A stretch of DNA of 64,000 nucleotides, taken from an uncultured Clostridium sp. Its GTDB lineage: Bacteria; Bacillota; Clostridia; Clostridiales; Clostridiaceae. Positions within the stretch are counted from its first letter, which is position 1. Each line of letters starts with the position of its first letter. Made by a program: the position numbers and the translations under genes. The stretch spans positions 34,050-98,049 of the forward strand of contig URKQ01000007.1 in assembly GCA_900548455.1 (NCBI GenBank), written 5' to 3'. The notes beneath the pieces were generated by a model. That model was not told the origin of the DNA. It searched no databases and saw only the letters and a program-made list of their open reading frames with translations. This document shows positions 1 to 8,028 of this stretch, piece after piece.

Positions 1-68
1 CCATCTTCTTTTATCTGAAGCATTTCCATACATTCTTCTAACATAACTGAATAATGTTTAAATTCCAT
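1..68 (-). CDS. rsmH: 16S rRNA m4C1402 methyltransferase RsmH/MraW, N-terminal fragment (runs off the window edge)
   Basis: Hand translation from ATG 68: MEFKHYSVMLEECMEMLQIKEDG, a typical RsmH N-terminus; SD AAGGAG upstream; not in the ORF track. Confidence 0.85.
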   Translation of the reverse strand, partial: MEFKHYSVMLEECMEMLQIKED

Positions 69-449
69 TACTTTCTCCTTATCGTATCCTTTGCTTAATT
101 TATTTATAGAATTAACTAAAATTTAAAGTTTTTTCTTTTTATTATTTTTATACATAAATTACATTAAATTGAAATACAACCTTAAATAATAGTCTTACCA
201 TACCATTGTATCATAATAATTCTATACATACACATCAATTCCTTTTAAATTTTACTGAAAACGAAATATTTTTTTAACAAATTTATAAAAAAATAAAATA
301 AAAATATCAAGACTTTTCACATCCATTTACATAACCCTCAAAAATACCAAATCATATTACATTATTTTACATCAACTGTTATGTAGCACAAAATTTACTT
401 AGATTAAAACACATCCTTGTAGAATTATTGAAGGCTATGTATAGCCTTA

Positions 450-478
450 TTGAAATTAATTCTTTACTAGGGTATAAT
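450..478 (+). promoter_or_regulatory. sigmaA-type promoter for ychF
   Basis: TTGAAA(450-455)-17 nt-TATAAT(473-478). Confidence 0.65.
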
Positions 479-543
479 TAAAAGTAATTGTTTAATTGTT
501 TAGCAATCAATCATTTTTGTTTACATAGAAAGGACGTAGTCAT

Positions 544-1641
544 ATGAAATTAGGAATTGTCGGCTTACCTAACGTAGGTAAAAGTACTTTATTTAACGCT
601 ATAACTAAAGCAGGAGCAGAGTCTGCTAACTATCCATTTTGTACCATTGAACCAAATGTTGGAGTAGTTAGTGTTCCAGATAAAAGACTTGATGTACTTC
701 AAGAATTATACAACTCAAAAAAACAAGTTCATACTGCCATAGAGTTTTATGATATTGCTGGTCTTGTTAAAGGAGCTAGTAAGGGTGAAGGCCTTGGTAA
801 TAAGTTCTTATCTCATATAAGAGAAGTTGAATCAATCGTTCATACAGTAAGATGTTTTAAAGATGAAAATGTAGTTCATGTAGATGGTTCTGTAGCTCCA
901 ATAAGAGACATTGAAACAATCAACCTTGAATTAATATTTGCAGATTTAGAAGTTCTTGAAAGAAGAATGGAGAAGGCATTAAAACTTGTACGTTCAGGAG
1001 ATAAAACTGCTAAAGTTGAATATGCTATTATGGAAAAGATTAAAGCTCAACTTGAAGCTAATAAACCTGTTAGAACTTTAGAATTTACTGAAGATGAAGC
1101 TAACTTTGTAAAAGGCTTATTCTTAATAACTTCAAAACCAGTTCTATATGCTTGTAATGTAAGTGAAGATGACATCATGGAATGTGGTGGAGAAAACGAA
1201 ATGGTTAAAGCAGTAAAAGAATATGCTGCTGCTGAAAACTCTGAAGTTATAGTAATTTGTGCAAAACTTGAAGAAGAGCTTTCAACTCTTGAAGATGATG
1301 AAAAATCAGCTCTTTTAGAAGAGTATGGATTAAGCGAATCTGGTTTAGACAAATTAATTCATGCTAGTTATAAGCTTCTAGGTTTAATGAGTTACCTTAC
1401 TGCTGGTCCTCAAGAAGTTAGAGCTTGGACAATTAAAATAGGCACAAAAGCTCCTGCTGCTGCTGGTAAAATTCACAGTGATATTGAAAGAGGGTTTATT
1501 AGAGCAGAAGTTATCTCTTTTGATAAATTAGTTGAATGTGGAAGCGAAGTTGCTGCAAAGGAAAAAGGCTATTACAGATTAGAAGGTAAAGAATATGTAA
1601 TGGAAGATGGAGACGTAGTAAACTTTAGATTTAATGTATAG
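544..1641 (+). CDS. ychF: Ribosome-binding ATPase YchF
   Basis: GIVGLPNVGKST, NYPFCTIEPN, DIAGLVKGASKGEGLGNKFL, TGS-type C-terminus. Confidence 0.97.
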   Translation: MKLGIVGLPNVGKSTLFNAITKAGAESANYPFCTIEPNVGVVSVPDKRLDVLQELYNSKKQVHTAIEFYDIAGLVKGASKGEGLGNKFLSHIREVESIVHTVRCFKDENVVHVDGSVAPIRDIETINLELIFADLEVLERRMEKALKLVRSGDKTAKVEYAIMEKIKAQLEANKPVRTLEFTEDEANFVKGLFLITSKPVLYACNVSEDDIMECGGENEMVKAVKEYAAAENSEVIVICAKLEEELSTLEDDEKSALLEEYGLSESGLDKLIHASYKLLGLMSYLTAGPQEVRAWTIKIGTKAPAAAGKIHSDIERGFIRAEVISFDKLVECGSEVAAKEKGYYRLEGKEYVMEDGDVVNFRFNV

Positions 1642-1652
1642 ATTAAAAAATA

Positions 1653-1681
1653 AAAGGAAGAAGGTTAACCCTTCTTCCTTT
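1653..1681. terminator. Probable bidirectional terminator between convergent ychF and SDR
   Basis: AAAGGAAGAAGG-ttaac-CCTTCTTCCTTT with A/T-rich flanks. Confidence 0.75.
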
Positions 1682-2414
1682 GTATTTTATAGGTTGCTTT
1701 TAATAAAATTTTATCTGGTACAAGTCTTTGCGCTATTCTAGTAACCTTCATTAACTTACCAGGAATTATAATAAGCTTTCCCTTTTCCATCTTGTCAATG
1801 GCATAACTTGCCACATCAAAACTATTTAATCCCTTTAAACTAAATTTTACATTAGCCCTATCATTAAAACCTGTATCCACAGGTCCAGGACAAAGGGCAC
1901 CTATATAAACATTACTTTTTTCTCTTCTAAGTTCTTCATAAATTGCTTCAGTTAACCTTAACACATATGCCTTTGTTCCATAATAAGTAGATAAAAGTGG
2001 TCCTGGTGAAAAAGCAGCTGAAGATGCTACGTTTAAAATTTTCCCTTGATTTTTCTTTTTAAAATCCTTTAAAAAAAGTTTCGTTAAAATATGAACTGCC
2101 TTTATGTTTAAATTAATCATATTTAATTCTTCTTTTAAGTTCGTATCAGAAAATTCACCAAATAATCCAAAACCAGCATTATTTATAAGGATATCTATAT
2201 TGTCATCCTTAACTCTTTCATACAACTGAAAACAAGCTTCTTCTTTAGATAAATCTAAAGCTATAATTTTAATATTAGTTTTAAGTGTTGAAGATAACAT
2301 TTTCATTTTTTCTTCACTTCTTGCAACTAATATTAAATCATAACCCTTATCACTTAGAATTTTTGCCATATCTTTTCCAAGCCCTGAACTAGCTCCTGTA
2401 ATAAGTGCCTTCAT
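1665..2414 (-). CDS. SDR family oxidoreductase
   Basis: TGASSGLG, NNAGFG, YYGTK (YxxxK). Confidence 0.9.
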   Translation of the reverse strand: MKALITGASSGLGKDMAKILSDKGYDLILVARSEEKMKMLSSTLKTNIKIIALDLSKEEACFQLYERVKDDNIDILINNAGFGLFGEFSDTNLKEELNMINLNIKAVHILTKLFLKDFKKKNQGKILNVASSAAFSPGPLLSTYYGTKAYVLRLTEAIYEELRREKSNVYIGALCPGPVDTGFNDRANVKFSLKGLNSFDVASYAIDKMEKGKLIIIPGKLMKVTRIAQRLVPDKILLKATYKIQRKKG

Positions 2415-2860
2415 TATTTTCCTCCTCTACACCATTTTTTGCAAAACTCTTTATTTCTACTACATGAAACTAAGTTTCCACCACATTTAGGGCAGATGTA
2501 TTTATCCTGTTCAAACTTCATTTCATAATGATTCCCACAAGTAGAACATTGAAATCTACAAAATTTAGTAGTATAATCTCCACCACTTATATTGATTACT
2601 ATTCCTTCACATAAAGCCATTGCAACCTTTTTACGAGCACTATCAATTATGTTTTGAAAGGTTTGCCTTGAAATATCCATTCTTTTTGCACATTCTTCTT
2701 GACTTAATTCTTCAATATCTTTAAGTCTCATAGCTTGGAGTTCCTCAATCTTAAGCTCAATAGCTCTATTATTATCTCCACCTTCTTTAGGTGTAAAACA
2801 TGTATTATTAGGGAAAAACTCAACCTTTCTACATTTTGTAGGTCTTGGCATATAGCACAC
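2414..2860 (-). CDS. DUF134-type putative DNA-binding protein with Cys-rich C-terminus
   Basis: MPRPTKCRKV, EELQAMRLKD, SQEECAKRMDISRQTF HTH; CSTC and CPKC. Confidence 0.85.
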   Translation of the reverse strand: MCYMPRPTKCRKVEFFPNNTCFTPKEGGDNNRAIELKIEELQAMRLKDIEELSQEECAKRMDISRQTFQNIIDSARKKVAMALCEGIVINISGGDYTTKFCRFQCSTCGNHYEMKFEQDKYICPKCGGNLVSCSRNKEFCKKWCRGGK

Positions 2861-2883
2861 CTTCTCTCTAAAGTGTTAACTAA

Positions 2884-3714
2884 CTATTTTAATTCTTCTT
2901 TAATATTTTTAACTATTTCTTTAAATATATTTTCTACTTCAGCATCATTATTATTACCTTCATTAGTAGCTAAATTACAAATACTGTTAATCATTGGAAG
3001 TTCTCCTAAAAGTCTTAAATTCAATTCTTTTAAGAAACTTTCTGTACCTGCATCTTGAAGAAGTCTAATTTTCTTTCCACAATCAGGACAGCTTATATAA
3101 CTCATATTTTCTATAACACCTAAGATTTTAATGTTTAATTTTTTAGTCATATTAACAGCTTTAGCAACTATCATAGAAATTAAATCTTGAGGCATTGATA
3201 CCATAACAACTCCACTAAGTGGAATTGATTGCATAACAGTTAAAGCTACGTCTCCTGTTCCTGGTGGCATATCTATTACTAGATAGTCTAATTCTCCCCA
3301 AAGTACATCTGACCAAAATGATTGAACCATATTAGCTATAACAGGTCCTCTCCAAATTACAGGATCTTCTTCATTTTCTAACAGAAGATTTAAAGACATT
3401 ACCTTTATACCTTCTTTTGATAAAACTGGATAAATTGTCTTTCCATCTTCGCTCATTGCTCTTTGTCCATTTATTCCCAAAAGTCTTGGAATACTTGGAC
3501 CAGTAATATCTGCATCTAAAATACCTACTGAATGACCCTCTGCCTTTAATTGCTTAGCAATTAAAGTAGCCATAGAAGATTTTCCTACTCCACCTTTTCC
3601 ACTCATAACCCCAATAACATGTTTGATATTATTATTTGGGTTATTTAATATACCACAAGTACTTTCATCTTTATTGCATCCACCTTTTGATGGACATGAA
3701 CTACATCCTGACAT
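2884..3714 (-). CDS. mrp: Mrp/NBP35 Fe-S cluster carrier ATPase
   Basis: SGKGGVGKS, DADITGPSIP, WRGP, DMPPGTGD, ENMS...CPDC. Confidence 0.93.
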   Translation of the reverse strand: MSGCSSCPSKGGCNKDESTCGILNNPNNNIKHVIGVMSGKGGVGKSSMATLIAKQLKAEGHSVGILDADITGPSIPRLLGINGQRAMSEDGKTIYPVLSKEGIKVMSLNLLLENEEDPVIWRGPVIANMVQSFWSDVLWGELDYLVIDMPPGTGDVALTVMQSIPLSGVVMVSMPQDLISMIVAKAVNMTKKLNIKILGVIENMSYISCPDCGKKIRLLQDAGTESFLKELNLRLLGELPMINSICNLATNEGNNNDAEVENIFKEIVKNIKEELK

Positions 3715-3751
3715 AATTGTCCCCTCCTAGTCAAAACTTTAATCTTTCTTA

Positions 3752-3780
3752 ATAATAACTCCACATTGAATTCTTGTCAA
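3752..3780 (-). promoter_or_regulatory. sigmaA-type promoter for the mrp-DUF134-SDR operon
   Basis: Minus strand TTGACA-17 nt-TATTAT. Confidence 0.7.
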
Positions 3781-3793
3781 ATGCCAAAAACAT

Positions 3794-4145
3794 TCAACTT
3801 AAAATTTACAATTTAAAATGCAAAATGTAAAATCGTTGTTGAAATTCCGTTGGAATTTTTTCCTTCCTTTTCAATTCTTATATTGATTATATGCGAGAAA
3901 AAGAGATTCCATCAGGAATCTCTACCTTTAGCAACGCTTCACACATTACATTTCTTATATTAGATAAACTTTGCTACTTCCAGATATACCACTACGAGTG
4001 AACTATCTACAGGGCCGTTCGCAATTATCATCAGTGTCAAACACTAAATTATTAGTTCCTTTTAATTACAATCGTACACCCCATTAAGGTCCGCAGCCCG
4101 TGAACAGTAGTGCGTATATAGAAGTAGCAAAGTTAGCCTATATAA
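3794..4145. repeat. Intergenic mosaic repeat A: heptamer run, hairpin-linker module H (x2), truncated GCGAG-type arm, complete GCTAC-type palindrome (3967-4134)
   Basis: Matches to 7250-7525 and 13700-13945; perfect 14-bp inverted arms AACTTTGCTACTTC/GAAGTAGCAAAGTT. Confidence 0.9.
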
Positions 4146-4170
4146 ATGTATTCAGCTTCAAAGCCTCCTT

Positions 4171-6477
4171 TTATTTGCTTTCCTCTTCACTACTATGATA
4201 TTTTTTACATTCATCATTAATTAGCGTTATTATATTTTCTTTCAATGGCTGATCTATATCATACATAATTTCCATTGCTTCTTCCACAGTGTCTACAGAA
4301 TATATAGTAAATTCTCCGTTTACTATAGCCTGCTCTACTTCATTAGATAGAACTAGTTCACTTACATTAGACGCCGGAATTATAACTCCATTATTGATAA
4401 AAGATTTTTTTATTTTGCATATATTATAAAAACCTTCGATTTTCTCATTAACTCCTCCAATTGGTTGTATCTCTCCAAATTGATTTATAGATCCCGTGAT
4501 GGCTATATTTTGCTTTATTGGTATTTTAGCTAATGCAGATATAATAACTATTGCCTCTGCAGCAGATGCACTGTCACCATCAACAACTCCATAAAGTTGT
4601 TCAAAATTCAAGTTAAAATCTACAGGCAACTTTTCAAATCCATCATTTAAGTTATATATATATCCCTTTAATGTGCTTATACCCTTTGTATGAATACTTC
4701 CACTCAAACTAGATTCTCTTTGAACATCTACAATCTTGCCATCACCACTCCAACAAGTACATGTTATCTTTGTTGGTTTACCAAAGCTAGTATAACCTGC
4801 ATCTATTACAGATAGTCCATTAATTTGACCAACTCTGCTTTTTTCAACTTGTAACATCAATTTATTTTCTTCGTATAGCTTTAAATATTCTTTTTCTATA
4901 TGATCCCTTTTATATGCAACACTAATTATATCTTCTTCATCAATCCATTCCTTTTTCTCTTCTTCAGCCTTGTAATTAGCAAGTAAAAGTAGCGTTTCAA
5001 TTTCATCGTAATCAAAATAAATTTTATCCTTACTCTCAGCTTTTCTAGATAAGAACTTTGAAATTTCCTTAATTCCCTTACTAGTTATTAACCGTATATG
5101 GTTTTCTTCAATTATCCTAGTTATTTCATTTTTCAAAACCGCCTTAGTTTGAGCATTTATGTCCAATACACCTTTGTATTCACTTCTAAGTCTAAAAATA
5201 TTTTTAAATTCTTTATCATAATTGTATAATATATTGTAAACTTCATAATCCCCAATAAGAATTACTTTAGTTTTAACTTCAACCGGTGCAGGCTTCAAAC
5301 CAGCCAATGTAAATAACTCTAAATAGCCTCTATTATAATCTAAATTTACATTTCCACTTAAAAGACTCTTTTTCAAATAGTAGTAGGACTGAGAATTTTC
5401 TATGAGACTATTAGCTCTTATAATAAGACATCCCTCATTAGCTTTCACATAGCTTCCAACTCTTATTGAATCTACTGTTGAAACATACATATTATTATGA
5501 TTCTCATATTCTATAGCTCCTAATAAATTTGATATACTAGGATCTTCTTCATATATAACAGGTGGGCTCTTCAAATTAGAATTATCTACCACTACATTTA
5601 AATCATATTTAAAGATAATCTCTTTAATTTTTTCTTCATCATCCTCATAATTTATAGAATAATTACTTATAATTTCCTTTTCGATAGAATCCATTATAAA
5701 ATTAAGATAACTTAAAGCCTCTGTATCACCTTTAAACGCTTTTCTTAAATCCACCCTTGTATCATGAAATTCATTTTGGAGATAATCCTTCATTATTTCC
5801 TTTATTCGGTCTAATTCATCATAGCTCATATTCCTTAACTTTTCTAAAATATTATTTGCACTTATCTTTAGTTCAGATACCCTAGATAAAATTTCTTGCT
5901 TTCTCTCATCTGGTAGTTCCTCATATTCATCCTCTGTCATTTCCTTACCTTCATTTAATGGAACAAACGTAAACCCATCTTCTCCAACCTTAATATCAAA
6001 GCCGAAACTCTTAGAAAGCTCAATCAAATCTTCAACAATTTTACTTCTTCTATCTTTAATAATTCCAATTAATTCCTCTTTTTCCTTATTGTCTATTGCA
6101 TTATAAAACTTAAATATACTTTCCACATATAAAGACTGTATTTTATCCAAGGTTTCTTTTAAGATTTTACCATATCCATTATTCACTACTAATGGAACAG
6201 GTTCTTTAGGATCCTCTTTAATTACATAACAAATATCTTTAGGCGGTTTTTTCTCTTTTAAAGTAAAACTAACATAGTCAACTATATGTTTTATTCTGTC
6301 TTTACAAAACTCATCTATTAAATATATATTATATCCATGCTTATCCAAAAAAAGAGAGGTTTTTATTTGTTTATAAACCTCACCATATTGAGGCAAAGCA
6401 AATTGTTCATCTATATCTTTACTATCATCAAAACTAATATCGTATAATACTTCTTTAGGTTTCAATATCTTTTTCAT
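4171..6477 (-). CDS. Lon-like (S16) protease with degenerate AAA region
   Basis: GQINGLSV, VDGDSAS (catalytic Ser), TGSINQFGEIQPIGGVNEKIEGF (catalytic Lys). Confidence 0.88.
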   Translation of the reverse strand: MKKILKPKEVLYDISFDDSKDIDEQFALPQYGEVYKQIKTSLFLDKHGYNIYLIDEFCKDRIKHIVDYVSFTLKEKKPPKDICYVIKEDPKEPVPLVVNNGYGKILKETLDKIQSLYVESIFKFYNAIDNKEKEELIGIIKDRRSKIVEDLIELSKSFGFDIKVGEDGFTFVPLNEGKEMTEDEYEELPDERKQEILSRVSELKISANNILEKLRNMSYDELDRIKEIMKDYLQNEFHDTRVDLRKAFKGDTEALSYLNFIMDSIEKEIISNYSINYEDDEEKIKEIIFKYDLNVVVDNSNLKSPPVIYEEDPSISNLLGAIEYENHNNMYVSTVDSIRVGSYVKANEGCLIIRANSLIENSQSYYYLKKSLLSGNVNLDYNRGYLELFTLAGLKPAPVEVKTKVILIGDYEVYNILYNYDKEFKNIFRLRSEYKGVLDINAQTKAVLKNEITRIIEENHIRLITSKGIKEISKFLSRKAESKDKIYFDYDEIETLLLLANYKAEEEKKEWIDEEDIISVAYKRDHIEKEYLKLYEENKLMLQVEKSRVGQINGLSVIDAGYTSFGKPTKITCTCWSGDGKIVDVQRESSLSGSIHTKGISTLKGYIYNLNDGFEKLPVDFNLNFEQLYGVVDGDSASAAEAIVIISALAKIPIKQNIAITGSINQFGEIQPIGGVNEKIEGFYNICKIKKSFINNGVIIPASNVSELVLSNEVEQAIVNGEFTIYSVDTVEEAMEIMYDIDQPLKENIITLINDECKKYHSSEEESK

Positions 6478-6744
6478 AGCCCCTCCACAAAAAACTAATT
6501 TATTATATTAATATTCTTTAAAAACTGTTTTTGGAACAAAAATAAGAAAATAAATATTATAATTTTCAAAACTTAAACATAAACTTGTTATAATAATTTA
6601 ATTATTATATAATATTATTATTGCTTATCAGCAAATGACATTAAATATTTATAATAGTGTATTAGTTGCAATAAATAACGTTCAATAATTTGAACGATAT
6701 ATGACTTGCAGCATTTATATTCTTCATGAAAAGGAGTTATCTAT

Positions 6745-7170
6745 ATGGGATTTAAAGAAAAATTAGCAAATAGCTATAGTAACGCATTTATGACTAGATA
6801 TGGGGATAGAGTAACCCAGTTACAAGGAAGAGCTCTTTCTGTAAAAACAGAGGAAAAATCATTCTTAGGAATTTTAAATACTATTATTGTAACTATCGTT
6901 ATAAAGCAAGATAATCTTAGAACAGTATCAACTTGTGTTTACAAAAAGAAAAAATGGTTTAAAAAACCAACATTTATTCCAGTTTCTCAAGGACATTCTT
7001 TAATTATTCAAGGTTTGAAGCCTGATTACACTAAAAAACATAAAAAGAAATTTAAAGATTCCATTTCGATTATGAATGTTTTAAATCTAACTAACAAAAG
7101 AGATCTAGTTCCAGTGGACGGAGCTCAAAAGAAAGTTCAAAGAGTAAGACAAGATAGAAGATTTAAATAA
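6745..7170 (+). CDS. Hypothetical basic protein
   Basis: 141-aa ORF with SD AAAGGAG and a downstream terminator. Confidence 0.75.
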   Translation: MGFKEKLANSYSNAFMTRYGDRVTQLQGRALSVKTEEKSFLGILNTIIVTIVIKQDNLRTVSTCVYKKKKWFKKPTFIPVSQGHSLIIQGLKPDYTKKHKKKFKDSISIMNVLNLTNKRDLVPVDGAQKKVQRVRQDRRFK

Positions 7171-7179
7171 CTAAGAAAT

Positions 7180-7220
7180 AAAAATAATCCTACTCATATT
7201 TATATGATAGGGTTATTTTT
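7180..7220 (+). terminator. Intrinsic terminator
   Basis: AAAATAATCCTA...TAGGGTTATTTT stem followed by a T-rich tract. Confidence 0.6.
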
Positions 7221-7228
7221 ATTAACTA

Positions 7229-8010
7229 TTACTTTTCACTCTTCACTCAATTTCAATTCTTATATTAATATATGCGAGAAAAAAACTGAATTATCATAAA
7301 GACAATGAGATTCCCTCAGGAATCTCTACCTTCAGTAACTCCTCACCTCGTTACATTTCTTATATTAGATAAACTTTGCTACTTCCAAATATACCACTAC
7401 AAGTGAACTATCTACAGGGCCACTCCAAACTTCATATAATTTTAAAAACTAAATTATTAGTTTCTTAATATCAATAGATAGACATCATATAAAGGTCCGC
7501 AGCCCGTGAACAGAGGTGCATATATCATGGCTCTGTATGCATTTACAGTAATGCACACAGATGCCTGTTAAGCTTTTTCAAAAGGAACCTTATGGTTCCC
7601 TTTGAGTATCTCTCCCTAACAAGGAGGGAACAGGGTCCCCTTCCAACCCCCATTAGGAAAAGCCGTGCACACACTAATTAAATTATTGCTAGCATAACTT
7701 GTACATTCTATCACTGTATTTTACTACAGTGCATATACCATAATAGCAAATTTAGCTTATCATAAAAATAATAGGGATTTCCTTAGAAATCCCTTCCTTC
7801 AGTACCGTTTCACTCAATTTTAATTCTTATATTAATTATATGCGAGAAAAAAACTGAATTATCATAAGCGAATGTATCTGCAGGAGCCCATACTATTTAA
7901 AATCAAATTCAAATCTCCACTACCGTCTTATCTTCTTAAATCATCCTTACTGTGCGTCGGCTTCGAAGCCCCAATGAGCGATGATAATTCAGTTTTTCTC
8001 GCATTAAAGC
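7229..8010. repeat. Intergenic mosaic repeat B: H modules, interrupted GCTAC element with nested D and E modules, complete GCGAG-type palindrome (7840-8004)
   Basis: Matches to regions A and C, 14765-14825 and 52460-52488; arms ATGCGAGAAAAA(AA)CTGAATTATCAT/ATGATAATTCAGTTTTTCTCGCAT. Confidence 0.9.
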
Positions 8011-8028
8011 TTATATAAAATTATTACA

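Noticed and set aside
3967..4134. Palindromes as simple intrinsic terminators or canonical attC sites
   Set aside because: Too long and interrupted, with no U-tract; no convincing RYYYAAC/GTTRRRY core pair and no integrase; the flanking genes are core genes
7229..8010. Mosaic repeats as a CRISPR array
   Set aside because: Units are unequal in length, the intervening sequences are themselves repeated, there is no regular repeat-spacer period, and no cas gene is in the window
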